Positions 27,568 to 38,112 are shown, counted from the first letter of the stretch. The stretch is DNA of 44,944 nt from Desulfobulbales bacterium (GCA_029210665.1 JARGFN010000001.1:1-44944); one strand, 5' to 3'. Made by a program: numbers and translations. Notes: a model not told the origin generated them from the letters alone.

Positions 27568-29010
27568 TCATGTTTTTTGGCCGAGGCCGGCCAGCAAGCG
27601 CCTGTGGATGTTATCAAAACCGCCGTTTGACAGGACCGCCACGACATCGCCCGCGGAGGTGTTGGCCAACAGAAAATCGATTATCGCTTCGGTGGTGGGA
27701 AAATAATCGGCGGTGATTTTTTTGGCACGCAGGGCGGCAACCAACTCCCGGGAAGAGAACAACTCCTCGACCGCAATGTTTGCCAGGGGTTCCGGCTCCC
27801 TGATCAGGACCAGATCGGCGGCGTCGAAACTATCGGGATACACATCCTGAAAGACCCGCCGCCGGCTGGAGTTGGTCCGGGGCTCGAATGCCACGATCAG
27901 GCGGCGTCCCTGATACGCCAACCGCAAGGCGGCCAGGGTTTCCCTGACCTCGGTCGGATGGTGGGCAAAATCGTCGATCACCGTCACCCCGCCCGCGACG
28001 CCGCGAACCTCCTGCCGTCTTTTCACCCCGCCAAACGCGGCCAGCCCCTGGCGGATCGCCGTCCCGCTCAGACCGAGTCGATCCGCCACCGCAATCACCG
28101 CCAGACTGTTCAAGGCGTTATGGATGCCCGGCAAGGTATTATCGAACTCCCCGTACGGCCGGCCCTTTTTCAAGACCTGAAAGCGGGTCCGTTCCGCCCC
28201 AACCGCCACCCCGGCCAACCGCCAATCGCATCGCTCGGTTTGCCCGTAGCCCACCACCGGGCAAACCGCCCCGGCCACAACCTCCCGGACCACGGGGTCA
28301 TCGAGACAGGCGACCAGACAGCCGTGGGCCGGCATAATTTCGACCAGACGCCTGAATGATTTCTTAACCGCGTCAAGATCGGCGTAAATATCGGCATGAT
28401 CGAACTCGATCCCGGTAATAACGGCGACGGTCGGACGGTAATGGAGGAATTTGGGGCCCTTGTCGAAAAAGGCGGTATCGTACTCGTCGCCCTCGACAAC
28501 GAAATAGCGGTCCCCGCCGAGATTGAAATTACGGCCGAACCTGCTGACCAGACCGCCGATCATGAAACCCGGTTCAAAACCGGCGTCATGGAGGAGGGTG
28601 GCCAGGGTTGATGAAGTGGTGGTCTTGCCGTGGGTGCCGGCAACCACCAGGGATTCGCGATTGCCGATAAAAAAATGGGCCAGGGCCTGGGGCATCGAGA
28701 CATAGGGGATTTGGAGGTCGGCCAGGGCGACCGCTTCGGGGTTGTCGCGTCTGATCACATTGCCGACCACCACCAGATCCGGGCGGGGTTCAAGATTGGC
28801 CGGCGCATAGCCTTCAAACACCTTGATCCCGCTTGCCGCCAGGAAATCGCTCATCGGCGGATAGACCTGGCGATCGGAGCCGACGACCGTGAAACCGGCC
28901 TCCCGCAACATGCCGGCCAGGGCGCCGACGCCGGTGCCGCATATCCCCATGAGATGGATACGTTCTATTTTTTCCGGAAAGAAGTTTAAGGCGGGGTCGA
29001 ACTCAGGCAT
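27568..29010 (-). CDS. mpl: UDP-N-acetylmuramate:L-alanyl-gamma-D-glutamyl-meso-DAP ligase (murein peptide ligase)
   Basis: 480-aa Mur-ligase architecture. N-terminal IHLMGICGTGVGALAGML..GF.V.GSD..YPPMS is the pattern I associate with Mpl rather than MurC. Confidence 0.8.
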   Translation of the reverse strand: MPEFDPALNFFPEKIERIHLMGICGTGVGALAGMLREAGFTVVGSDRQVYPPMSDFLAASGIKVFEGYAPANLEPRPDLVVVGNVIRRDNPEAVALADLQIPYVSMPQALAHFFIGNRESLVVAGTHGKTTTSSTLATLLHDAGFEPGFMIGGLVSRFGRNFNLGGDRYFVVEGDEYDTAFFDKGPKFLHYRPTVAVITGIEFDHADIYADLDAVKKSFRRLVEIMPAHGCLVACLDDPVVREVVAGAVCPVVGYGQTERCDWRLAGVAVGAERTRFQVLKKGRPYGEFDNTLPGIHNALNSLAVIAVADRLGLSGTAIRQGLAAFGGVKRRQEVRGVAGGVTVIDDFAHHPTEVRETLAALRLAYQGRRLIVAFEPRTNSSRRRVFQDVYPDSFDAADLVLIREPEPLANIAVEELFSSRELVAALRAKKITADYFPTTEAIIDFLLANTSAGDVVAVLSNGGFDNIHRRLLAGLGQKT

Positions 29011-29024
29011 GGATTATCTTCGGC

Positions 29025-29210
29025 TCATGAGCGCACGGAATCGCGCACCGACCGGTAGATGTCCTTGAAGGTTTCGTCGAAGTTGGCGGGGGAAAGGCGA
29101 CCGACTTCAATGAACTTGACGACTACCTCCTTGGCCACCTTGAGGATCGTCTCGTCCGAAACCGGTCTGGAAATCGGAGGCTGTTTTTGCTCTGCTGTTT
29201 TTATCGCCAT
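29025..29210 (-). CDS. Hypothetical 61-aa protein
   Basis: Only the ORF and its position between tRNA-Ala and mpl support it. The nearest GGAGG is ~15 nt from the ATG, so the RBS is poor. Charged, helical-looking sequence. Confidence 0.4.
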   Translation of the reverse strand: MAIKTAEQKQPPISRPVSDETILKVAKEVVVKFIEVGRLSPANFDETFKDIYRSVRDSVRS

Positions 29211-29327
29211 ATCAAAACAAAAAAACCTCCACGGAGAAAGAAGGCCAATTCTTATTAAAATCCGCGGAGGCCGACCTTATCGGAAAAAACCGTTCAGGCC
29301 CCTCCCGAAAGGGTTTTTATTGGATAT

Positions 29328-29403
<76 letters not shown>

Positions 29404-29449
29404 ACAAAAACCGGCAGGGCCGCCAGGGGCCATGCCGTCATTCGCGGCA

Positions 29450-29481
29450 ATTATGTACCATGCCCTTCCCCGGGCTGTCAA
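29450..29481 (-). promoter_or_regulatory. Putative sigma70 promoter for tRNA-Ala
   Basis: Minus strand reads TTGACA, an 18-20 nt spacer, then TACATAAT, ~45 nt upstream of the tRNA 5' end. Confidence 0.4.
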
Positions 29482-29494
29482 GGTTTTTCCCGGG

Positions 29495-29507
29495 ATCCGT
29501 GACGGCT
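29495..29507 (+). repeat. Solo 13-nt match to the MITE left terminus (ATCCGTGACGGCT)
   Basis: Identical to 39974-39986 inside the left end of MITE-A. I found no matching right end nearby. Confidence 0.3.
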
Positions 29508-29652
29508 ATTTGTAAAGTTTGCCCTTATCGACCTGTAATTCAGATTTTCTAGAGATTTGCCCCGGCCATTTCCCTTGCCAAGCCATACACGGTCTGTTAA
29601 TGTGGGCCAGTTCCGGTTAGGTAGGCGTAATTCATGAAAATTTTATACCGTA

Positions 29653-30792
<1,140 letters not shown>

Positions 30793-30793
<1 letters not shown>

Positions 30794-31629
30794 TGAGAAA
30801 AAGAAGTAAGCGAACCCGCCGCCCACTCCGACAATTTCTGGTTATCTCAACCTGCGCGGTTCTGTTCACCGTCCTGGCCCTGTCCTTTATGGGCCGCAAG
30901 GAACTTACCCTGCCCCACCGATTGATCTTCGATATCCTGGGCACGGCCCAGGCCGGCGTCACCGGGGCGATCAACTATGGCCTCGACATCCGGAACAACT
31001 ATTTCGACCTTATCGGAGTCAAGAAGGAAAACGACCGGCTCAGGGAAGAAATCGCGAGATACCAGGGCCTCACCGTAACCTACCGCGAGGCCCTGGCCAC
31101 CAATGTTCGTCTCCGGAAACTTCTGGAATTCAAGGAACAATTACCCCAGCCGACCATCACGGCCAGAATCATCGGTCGCGATCCCTCCCAGTGGTTCAAG
31201 ACCTTCAGCATCGATCGCAGCAGCAGCGACGGGGTGAGCAGGGGCATGCCGGTCGTCACCGTCGAGGGGGTGGTCGGGCAGATTCTGGACGGCGGCAATC
31301 ATCGGGCCAAGGTCCTTCAGGCAATCGACCCGAACAGCGCCATCGAGGTGTTGATTCAGGACAGCCGGACCCAAGGAATCATCAAAGGCACCGGCGAGAG
31401 CTACCGCCTTCATTATGTCCTGAAAAACAACAAGATAAACCCCGGCGACCTGCTGATCACCTCCGGCCTCGGCGGGGTATTCCCGAAGGGGCTGCCGGTT
31501 GGCAGGGTCTCCTCGGTGGTCAGTAACCGGCGCGGCATGTTCCTGGATATCGAGGTTGAACCGGTGGTCGACTTCTCAAAACTCGAGAATGTCATTGTTA
31601 TCATGAAATCCAACCAGCTGACCGAATAA
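30793..31629 (+). CDS. mreC: Rod shape-determining protein MreC
   Basis: N-terminal TM, a coiled-coil (ENDRLREEIARYQ), then beta-rich domains. The ATG at 30793 overlaps the mreB stop; the ORF track starts at TTG 30790. Confidence 0.85.
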
Positions 31630-31638
31630 AGACCCGAG

Positions 31639-32172
31639 ATGTTATTGACGGTTTTCATCATACTGGGCGCCATCCTGTTGCTCGTGCAAACCACCATTTT
31701 CGTACGGATGCCCCCGTGGCTCGGCAACCCCGACCTCCTTTTCCTGCTGGTTCTATTTGTCGCGACCAGGCTCGACAGCTATCGGGGCCTTATCCTGGTG
31801 ATGCTCTACGGCCTGATGATGGACATCTTTTCCGGCTTTGTGCCCGGGCTTTATCCGGCCGTCTACCTGGGGCTTTTCCTGACCATCAGGTACGTATCCC
31901 GCCAGGTGATCGTCGACGAACCCGCCCATCAGCCGCCGCTGGCCGCCACCTGCTATCTGCTCTGCAGCGGCGCCATCTATCTTTACATGGCAATCTTCAA
32001 CCCCGGCACCAATATTCTCTGGTCCTGGCGCGACCTGTTGTTGCAGATGTTTATCCTGGCCATCCTCGCCCTGCCCTTCTTCCATGTCCTGAGCCGAATC
32101 GTTGCCCGGATTTCCGTCGACAGGCGGCGGCTGTTTTCAAGAGGTAGAGGCGACAACAGGTTTATTTCATGA
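31639..32172 (+). CDS. mreD: Rod shape-determining protein MreD
   Basis: 177-aa polytopic membrane protein between mreC and mrdA. Assigned by position and topology. Confidence 0.75.
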   Translation: MLLTVFIILGAILLLVQTTIFVRMPPWLGNPDLLFLLVLFVATRLDSYRGLILVMLYGLMMDIFSGFVPGLYPAVYLGLFLTIRYVSRQVIVDEPAHQPPLAATCYLLCSGAIYLYMAIFNPGTNILWSWRDLLLQMFILAILALPFFHVLSRIVARISVDRRRLFSRGRGDNRFIS

Positions 32173-34064
32173 ATAAGAACCACTCCCTTCCCTACATGCA
32201 GAGGACCATCACCCGGATCAACAAACTTGACGAGGCCGAACTCTTTATTCTCAAGAAGCGGCTGGCCATTGCCACCGGTGTCGTCCTTACCCTGACCGCC
32301 GTAATCATCCTGCGCCTCTGGTTCCTCCAGGTCAACAAAGGCTTCGAGTTCGAAGAGAGGGCCAAGGTGAACCGGGTCAGGGCGTTGCGGATCGTCGCGC
32401 CGCGCGGCAATGTTCTCGACCGGAAGAACCGGTTATTGATAACCACCCGCCCCAGTTTCAACGTGGTCTGGACCAGGGAGGACACTCCTGATCCGGCCCT
32501 GGTGATCAAACGGCTCTCGAAAATTCTCGGCGACGATATCACCACCATCCTTGATCGGATCAGGGCCGGGGAAGACATCCCTAAATACCTGCCCCTTCTT
32601 CTCAAGGAAGACATCGACTGGCGCACCCTGGTCTACATCGAAAACAACCATCTGAAACTGCCCGGCGTCCGCATCGAGGTGGTTCCGGCACGGGAATACC
32701 TCTACGACAACCTTGCCTCCCACATGGCCGGCTACCTGGGCGAAATCGATCGGGCGGAACTGGAGGAAAGCCGCGGGGGAGAGTACGAGGGCGGCGACCG
32801 CATCGGCAAACAAGGCCTGGAAAAAATCTTCGAAAAACAGCTGCGGGGGGAAAAGGGCGTCCTGATGGTCGAGGTGGATGCCCGTGGTTTTGAAAAGAAG
32901 CAGCTGGCCAAAAAGGAACCGCTCCCCGGCAACGACATCAAGCTGACCATCGACGCCGATTTGCAGGTAGCCGCCGAAAAGGCCATGGCGGGCCGGGCCG
33001 GGGCCGTGGTGGCGACGGAAGTCGACACCGGCCGCTTGCTGGTTCTGGCCAGCTCGCCCCCACTCGAACTTAACGAATTCGTCGGCGGCATCTCCCGCGA
33101 TGCCTGGCAGGCCATGCTGGACGACCCGTTGCACCCCCTGCCCAACAAGGCAATCCAGGGACAGTACCCCCCCGCTTCAATCTATAAGATGGTCACCGCC
33201 CTGGCCGGCCTCGGCGAAGGGCTCATCACCCCGGATACCGTGGTTAACTGCACGGGGTCGCTCCGGCTGGGCAGCCGGGCCTATCGCTGCTGGAAAGAAA
33301 GCGGCCACGGCATGGTCGACCTGACCCGGGCCCTGGCCGAATCATGTGACGTCTACTTTTACAAGATCGGGCTGGAACTGGATGTCGACCGTCTGGCTTT
33401 TTATGCCGGAAGCCTGGGACTCGGCAAAAAAACCGGGATCAATCTCGAGCATGAAAAAAGCGGCCTGATTCCGACCGCGGACTGGAAACGGCGGACCTAC
33501 CGGGAACCATGGCAGCCCGGCGAGACCCTGTCGATCGTGATCGGGCAGGGCTTCAACCTGACCACGCCGCTCCAGATCAATGTAATGACCGCCACCATCG
33601 CCAACGGCGGCGTCATTTACCAACCCCAGTTCATCAAGGAGATCATCGACCCGGACGGCAAGACGATCCGGAATTTCCCCCCGGTCAGAACCGGAGAATA
33701 CCAGGACAAGGAGGCCAACCTCGAACTGATCCGCCGGGGCTTGGTGGCGGCGGTGAACGATCCTCTCGGCACCGGCTCCAACGCCCGCCTCAATGAGATC
33801 ACCGTCGCCGGCAAGACCGGCACCGCCCAGGTTGTCCAGCTTTCCCATGTTGAGGACATTGAAGAGGAGATGATCCCCTACAACAGGCGGGATCACGCCT
33901 GGTTCACCGCCTTCGCGCCGGCCGAAAAACCGGAGATTGCCGTGACGGTCCTGGTCGAACACGGCCGCCACGGTGGCTCGGCCGCGGCCCCAATCGCCAA
34001 ACAGGTGTTGCGGGAATATTTTAAATTGAACGGCGATCCGAAAGATCGCCGCCAACCGGAGTAA
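32169..34064 (+). CDS. mrdA: Penicillin-binding protein 2 (elongasome transpeptidase)
   Basis: 631 aa with an N-terminal TM and transpeptidase motifs SxxK (PPASIYKMV) and KTGTAQ. Its ATGA overlaps the mreD stop. Confidence 0.92.
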   Translation: MNKNHSLPYMQRTITRINKLDEAELFILKKRLAIATGVVLTLTAVIILRLWFLQVNKGFEFEERAKVNRVRALRIVAPRGNVLDRKNRLLITTRPSFNVVWTREDTPDPALVIKRLSKILGDDITTILDRIRAGEDIPKYLPLLLKEDIDWRTLVYIENNHLKLPGVRIEVVPAREYLYDNLASHMAGYLGEIDRAELEESRGGEYEGGDRIGKQGLEKIFEKQLRGEKGVLMVEVDARGFEKKQLAKKEPLPGNDIKLTIDADLQVAAEKAMAGRAGAVVATEVDTGRLLVLASSPPLELNEFVGGISRDAWQAMLDDPLHPLPNKAIQGQYPPASIYKMVTALAGLGEGLITPDTVVNCTGSLRLGSRAYRCWKESGHGMVDLTRALAESCDVYFYKIGLELDVDRLAFYAGSLGLGKKTGINLEHEKSGLIPTADWKRRTYREPWQPGETLSIVIGQGFNLTTPLQINVMTATIANGGVIYQPQFIKEIIDPDGKTIRNFPPVRTGEYQDKEANLELIRRGLVAAVNDPLGTGSNARLNEITVAGKTGTAQVVQLSHVEDIEEEMIPYNRRDHAWFTAFAPAEKPEIAVTVLVEHGRHGGSAAAPIAKQVLREYFKLNGDPKDRRQPE

Positions 34065-34070
34065 CCGCAA

Positions 34071-35186
34071 ATGTTCAGATTCGATCGAAGGCTGCTGCTC
34101 AACTTCGACTGGACCCTTCTGGTCACCGTCGTGATCGTCGCGGCCATGGGCCTGGCAAACCTGTACAGCGCCACTTACTCGTCGGAAGCAGGCGCCTCGT
34201 CCTACTTTTTCAGACAGCTCTATTTCTATCTGCTGGGGAGCGGCCTGATTCTGGCTGTAATCAGCGTCGATTACCGGATCCTGCTCACCCTGAACTACCC
34301 GATCTATATCATCACCATGGCGCTGCTTTGCATCGCCCTGTTTTTCGGCGATTCGGTGGCCTCCACCCAACGCTGGATCGATCTGGGCCTCTTCAGGCTG
34401 CAACCCTCGGAACTGGCGAAACTGGCCCTGATCATCAACCTGGCCAGCTATTATTATCGCAAGGATACCGGCAAGGGTTTCACCTTGCGGGAGCTGGTCG
34501 CGCCGATCCTCCTGACCGGGCTGCCCTTCACCCTGATTCTCATGCAGCCGGATCTCGGCACCGCCCTGATGCTGGCCGTGATTTTTGTCTCGATGACCCT
34601 GCTGGTGAAACTGAAGGCCCGGACCATAATCAGCCTGGCCTCGTCGATCATCTGCCTGATCCCCATCGCCTGGTTATACGTCCTCAAGCCTTACCAGAAA
34701 AGGCGGATCTTCACCCTGTTCAACCCGGAGCTCGACCCCCACGGCAGCGGCTATCATATCATCCAGTCGAAGATCGCGGTGGGCAGCGGCCTTATGTTCG
34801 GCAAGGGTTACCTGAAGGGCACCCAGGTCCACCTCAAATTCCTGCCGGAACGGCACACCGACTTCGCCTTCTCGGTCTGGGCCGAGGAATGGGGCTTTAT
34901 CGGTTCAATCGTCCTCCTTGCCTTCTACTGTTTCCTGATCCTCCTGGCCCTGAAAATCGCCGGTTCCGCCCGCGACAAATTCGGCGTCCTGCTCTGCTTC
35001 GGCATCGCCTCGCTGCTCTTCTGGCAGGCCTTTATCAACCTGGCCATGCTTCTCGGGCTGTTGCCGGTGGTCGGGATGCCCCTGCCGCTCTTCAGCTACG
35101 GCGGCTCGTCCCTGCTGACCACGCTGCTCGGCCTCGGCATCATCTTCAACGTCGGAATGCGCCGCTATATGACCTCTAACCCTTGA
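34071..35186 (+). CDS. rodA: SEDS peptidoglycan polymerase RodA
   Basis: 371-aa polytopic protein with QPDLGTAL and the FSVWAEEWGFIGS region typical of FtsW/RodA. It lies adjacent to mrdA. Confidence 0.92.
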   Translation: MFRFDRRLLLNFDWTLLVTVVIVAAMGLANLYSATYSSEAGASSYFFRQLYFYLLGSGLILAVISVDYRILLTLNYPIYIITMALLCIALFFGDSVASTQRWIDLGLFRLQPSELAKLALIINLASYYYRKDTGKGFTLRELVAPILLTGLPFTLILMQPDLGTALMLAVIFVSMTLLVKLKARTIISLASSIICLIPIAWLYVLKPYQKRRIFTLFNPELDPHGSGYHIIQSKIAVGSGLMFGKGYLKGTQVHLKFLPERHTDFAFSVWAEEWGFIGSIVLLAFYCFLILLALKIAGSARDKFGVLLCFGIASLLFWQAFINLAMLLGLLPVVGMPLPLFSYGGSSLLTTLLGLGIIFNVGMRRYMTSNP

Positions 35187-35205
35187 CCCATAAGGAATTA
35201 CCGCC

Positions 35206-35991
35206 ATGCCGAAATACATCCCGCCCCGGCTGCTGCTTTTGTTATCGCTTTCCGCCCTTCTGATCGGCTGCGATTTCGGCGACCTCCGGCTGATCACGCA
35301 GTTCAACCGGATCAACGGCCTTCAGACCGGCGATCGAATCATCTACCGCGATAAGTATATCGGGGATATCGAGCGGATAACCAGAAGCGAACGGGGACAT
35401 TACCTGGTGGAACTGGATATCGATTCCGACCACAAGGAACAGCTCACCGTCTATTCGATATTTTATATCGATAAAGACCCCGACCACCCCGGCCGCAAAG
35501 CGGTCTTTACCGAGCAGAGAAAACCGGGCGGCATCCTGCTTACCGACGACAGCGTGGTCGCGGGCCTGGATTATCCGCCCCACCTGCGGAACATGCTGGA
35601 CGATCTCAAGCTGAAGACCGAGGAACTGGGGGCCGAATTGGCTGCCACAATTGATCGGGCCGGCGAATCCTACCAGGAAAAATCGTCGGAACTTACCAAC
35701 CGGCTGGAACTGTCACTGGCCGAGATCGAGAGAAAATTACAGGAAATCGAAGAGGCGATGCAATCCACCCCGGACAGAGACGAGGTCCGAAAACTCAAGA
35801 AAGGCCTCGACAGACTGGCCGCCGACCTGGAAAGCACCCTGGAACAGGTCAAAACGGTGATCAGCGATGATCTCTTGACCGGTTTCAAAAAATCCCTGGC
35901 CGATTTGCGCCGCCGTCTCGAAAAAACCGGCCGGGAGAGCAACCCTTCACCGGAGCCGGCGGAGAGAGCCAGGGATGATTTGACTATTTAG
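35206..35991 (+). CDS. Lipoprotein with an MCE/MlaD-like N-terminal domain and a coiled-coil C-terminus (tentative)
   Basis: Lipobox LSALLIGC. The segment FNRINGLQTGDRIIYRDKYIGDIERI...YLVELDID resembles the MlaD/MCE beta-barrel motif. The C-terminal half is heptad-like and charged. Confidence 0.55.
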   Translation: MPKYIPPRLLLLLSLSALLIGCDFGDLRLITQFNRINGLQTGDRIIYRDKYIGDIERITRSERGHYLVELDIDSDHKEQLTVYSIFYIDKDPDHPGRKAVFTEQRKPGGILLTDDSVVAGLDYPPHLRNMLDDLKLKTEELGAELAATIDRAGESYQEKSSELTNRLELSLAEIERKLQEIEEAMQSTPDRDEVRKLKKGLDRLAADLESTLEQVKTVISDDLLTGFKKSLADLRRRLEKTGRESNPSPEPAERARDDLTI

Positions 35992-36037
35992 CCGGCGGAC
36001 CTATTGAAAACAAAGTAAAAAACAGCTATTAGTGATA

Positions 36038-36221
36038 GACTCGTAAAAAGCCGAAACCGGCCAACGAGGCCAACGTTAAATCAATGAATTAGTTGGCATG
36101 GTCCACGCTTAAACTCGAAAACGGCCGCTTCCGCGCGGCTCGCCCGGGGCGGTCGGTGACACAACAGCTTTTCCCATAAAAAACGTCTTAGGGAATCGGC
36201 AAATCCTGATATACCTGGATC
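36038..36221 (+). repeat. Repeat family R3, degenerate copy b, ending in the 16-mer CTGATATACCTGGATC
   Basis: It starts GACTCGTAAAAAGCCG...GGCCAACG...TTAGTTGG, which parallels the 37053-37183 element. Its boundaries are approximate. Confidence 0.4.
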
Positions 36222-36396
36222 ACGCCCGGACTTTTTTTGCGGTCGGGGGGAGAAGTCCCGGGAAGCGCCGGGATGTTATTCCTTCTTTCCCTGTTGACCC
36301 ATTGTCCCATGGCGATACTTACCTGCCTCAATCGGCCGGGGGAAATCGAACGGCGCGGCAGGGTTGCGGACCAGGCTATCAGGATAATAAATAGAG

Positions 36397-37056
36397 ATGG
36401 CGAAGAAAAAAGCAAATAAAAAAATCTACGACACCATCGAATGGCGAATTCTTTGTTTCGGGGCCTTACTGGTTGCCCTCCTTGTCGGGCTGGGCTGGTG
36501 TTTTTTCGAGTCGGAGACGGAAAAGGTCCAGGTTCTAAGCCTGGTCTTCGTCGCCCATACCTTCGGCGGCAGAGCGGCGGGCATCGGTCTTTGCATCATG
36601 AACGGACTTAATAATTTCTGGACGATCACCTACAATTTCTACCTGGAAATCCTCATCGTCTGCATTGCCTATTCGGTATCCACCCTTTCCATCAATAATT
36701 ACATCAAATTCAGGTTCGTCAGGTACTACGCCATACAGCTCGAGCGTAAGGCTAAGCGGCACAAGGAAAAAATAGAGAAATACGGCTGGCTCGGGCTTTT
36801 TCTTTTTGTCATGACCCCGCTGCCGGTGACCGGTCCGGTTATGGGTTCGATTATCGGCTATCTGCTGAAATTCAAGATCACAAAAAACTTTTCGGCGACA
36901 TTTCTGGGGACCCTGGGCGCGATTGTCATCTGGACCTTCTTTTTTGACTACCTGGAGCAGCACCTGAGGGCGATCCGCTATATACTGATGGCGATCATCG
37001 CCGTTGTCCTCAGCTCATACGCCAGGGACATTAAGAATTTATTCAGTAAAAATTGA
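36397..37056 (+). CDS. Small multidrug-export-like (COG2426/PF06695-type) membrane protein
   Basis: 219 aa with 4-5 TM. The segment GWLGLFLFVMTPLPVTGPVMGSIIGYLLK resembles the family signature as I recall it. Confidence 0.6.
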   Translation: MAKKKANKKIYDTIEWRILCFGALLVALLVGLGWCFFESETEKVQVLSLVFVAHTFGGRAAGIGLCIMNGLNNFWTITYNFYLEILIVCIAYSVSTLSINNYIKFRFVRYYAIQLERKAKRHKEKIEKYGWLGLFLFVMTPLPVTGPVMGSIIGYLLKFKITKNFSATFLGTLGAIVIWTFFFDYLEQHLRAIRYILMAIIAVVLSSYARDIKNLFSKN

Positions 37057-37183
37057 CAAACTCGCAAAAAGTCGCGATCGCCACGATGTCATTTCGGCCA
37101 ACGTGAGAAATCTTAATAGTTTCAGTTGGTTAAAGGATAAGATTTCTCGCTTTCGTTCGAAATGACAGCTTTTTGACGACTCC
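37053..37183 (+). repeat. Repeat family R3, copy a: ~130-bp palindromic (MITE/REP-like) element
   Basis: It begins TTGACAAACTCGCAAAAAGTC, overlapping the stop of the preceding CDS. Nested inverted repeats are GTCATTTCG...CGAAATGAC and GAGAAATCTTA...TAAGATTTCTC, and the right end is CTTTTTGACGACTC. Confidence 0.6.
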
Positions 37184-37280
37184 TCCACCAACCCACTGAA
37201 TAACGACTAATCCTTCAGGAACCGCTCTACCCGGAAGCAGCTGCCTTGCCCGGCGATCAATACCCCGCATTGACAGTTGA

Positions 37281-38015
37281 TTGATCAAAACACCGTGGAA
37301 ACAAGACCAGATGGACGGCAAAACGACCCCGAAATCGCAACGCCTTAAAAGCGTCGTGCGCGATGAAAGCTGGATCCACAAATGGGTCGGCCGGACCCTG
37401 TTGGTCATTATGGCCGCCGAGTGGATTTTTCTGCTGCTGGATACCCGCTGGCTCTCGATGTTTCTGGTCACCATGATTATCACCGTCCTCATCGCCCCGA
37501 CCCTGTTCCGCGGAAAGATCGACGTTGAAATTCCCGTGGAGTTCCACTTCACGGCCGTTATCTTCATTTTCGCCTCTCTCTACCTCGGAGAAATCCAGAG
37601 TTTTTATCAGCGCTTCTGGTGGTGGGATATCGTCCTCCACGGATCGGCCGGCCTGTTGATGGGGATCACAGGCTTTTTGCTGGTCTATCTTTTGAATGAA
37701 AGCAAACGGGTAGAGCTGCATATGACCCCCGGGTTCATATCCCTGTTCGCGTTTTCGTTTGCGGTAACTATCGGCACCCTCTGGGAAATTTTTGAGTTTT
37801 CCATGGATCAACTCTTTCTCCTCGACATGCAAAAAACAATGCTGGGCGATCCTTCCGGCCTGACCGACACCATGTGGGATATAATCGTCAATGCGCTTGG
37901 CGCATTTATCGTCAGTTTTACGGGATGGCGGTATCTGAAACGCAAAGAGATATTTTTTGTGAGAAATTTGATCGGGAAGTTTATTAAGAAAAACCCATCT
38001 TTGTTTCGCGGATAG
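37281..38015 (+). CDS. Polytopic membrane protein (possibly YjdF/DUF2238-like)
   Basis: 244 aa with ~6 hydrophobic helices, and motifs WWWDIVLHG and TLWEIFEFSMD. I prefer it to the overlapping 253-aa minus-strand ORF, which is charged and His/Gln-rich with no TM pattern. Confidence 0.6.
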   Translation: MIKTPWKQDQMDGKTTPKSQRLKSVVRDESWIHKWVGRTLLVIMAAEWIFLLLDTRWLSMFLVTMIITVLIAPTLFRGKIDVEIPVEFHFTAVIFIFASLYLGEIQSFYQRFWWWDIVLHGSAGLLMGITGFLLVYLLNESKRVELHMTPGFISLFAFSFAVTIGTLWEIFEFSMDQLFLLDMQKTMLGDPSGLTDTMWDIIVNALGAFIVSFTGWRYLKRKEIFFVRNLIGKFIKKNPSLFRG

Positions 38016-38112
38016 CATCCATGCTAAAACTCGGCGGATTCAAAAGTGAAGTGCAACTTTTATAGGTTCAAAAAGAAGTGAGCTGGGGTAATTGCATAAA
38101 AAACGGTTCGGG

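Noticed and set aside
34328-35179. 283-aa alternative-frame ORF inside rodA, and other Pro/Arg/Gly-rich same-strand alternative frames (for example 31716-32147, 318-710)
   Set aside because: These are off-frame translations of well-supported genes, with Arg/Pro/Gly-rich composition typical of GC-rich out-of-frame reading.
37257-38018. 253-aa minus-strand ORF overlapping the 244-aa plus-strand membrane protein
   Set aside because: Only the plus-strand frame gives regular TM helices and conserved-looking motifs. The minus frame is charged and irregular.
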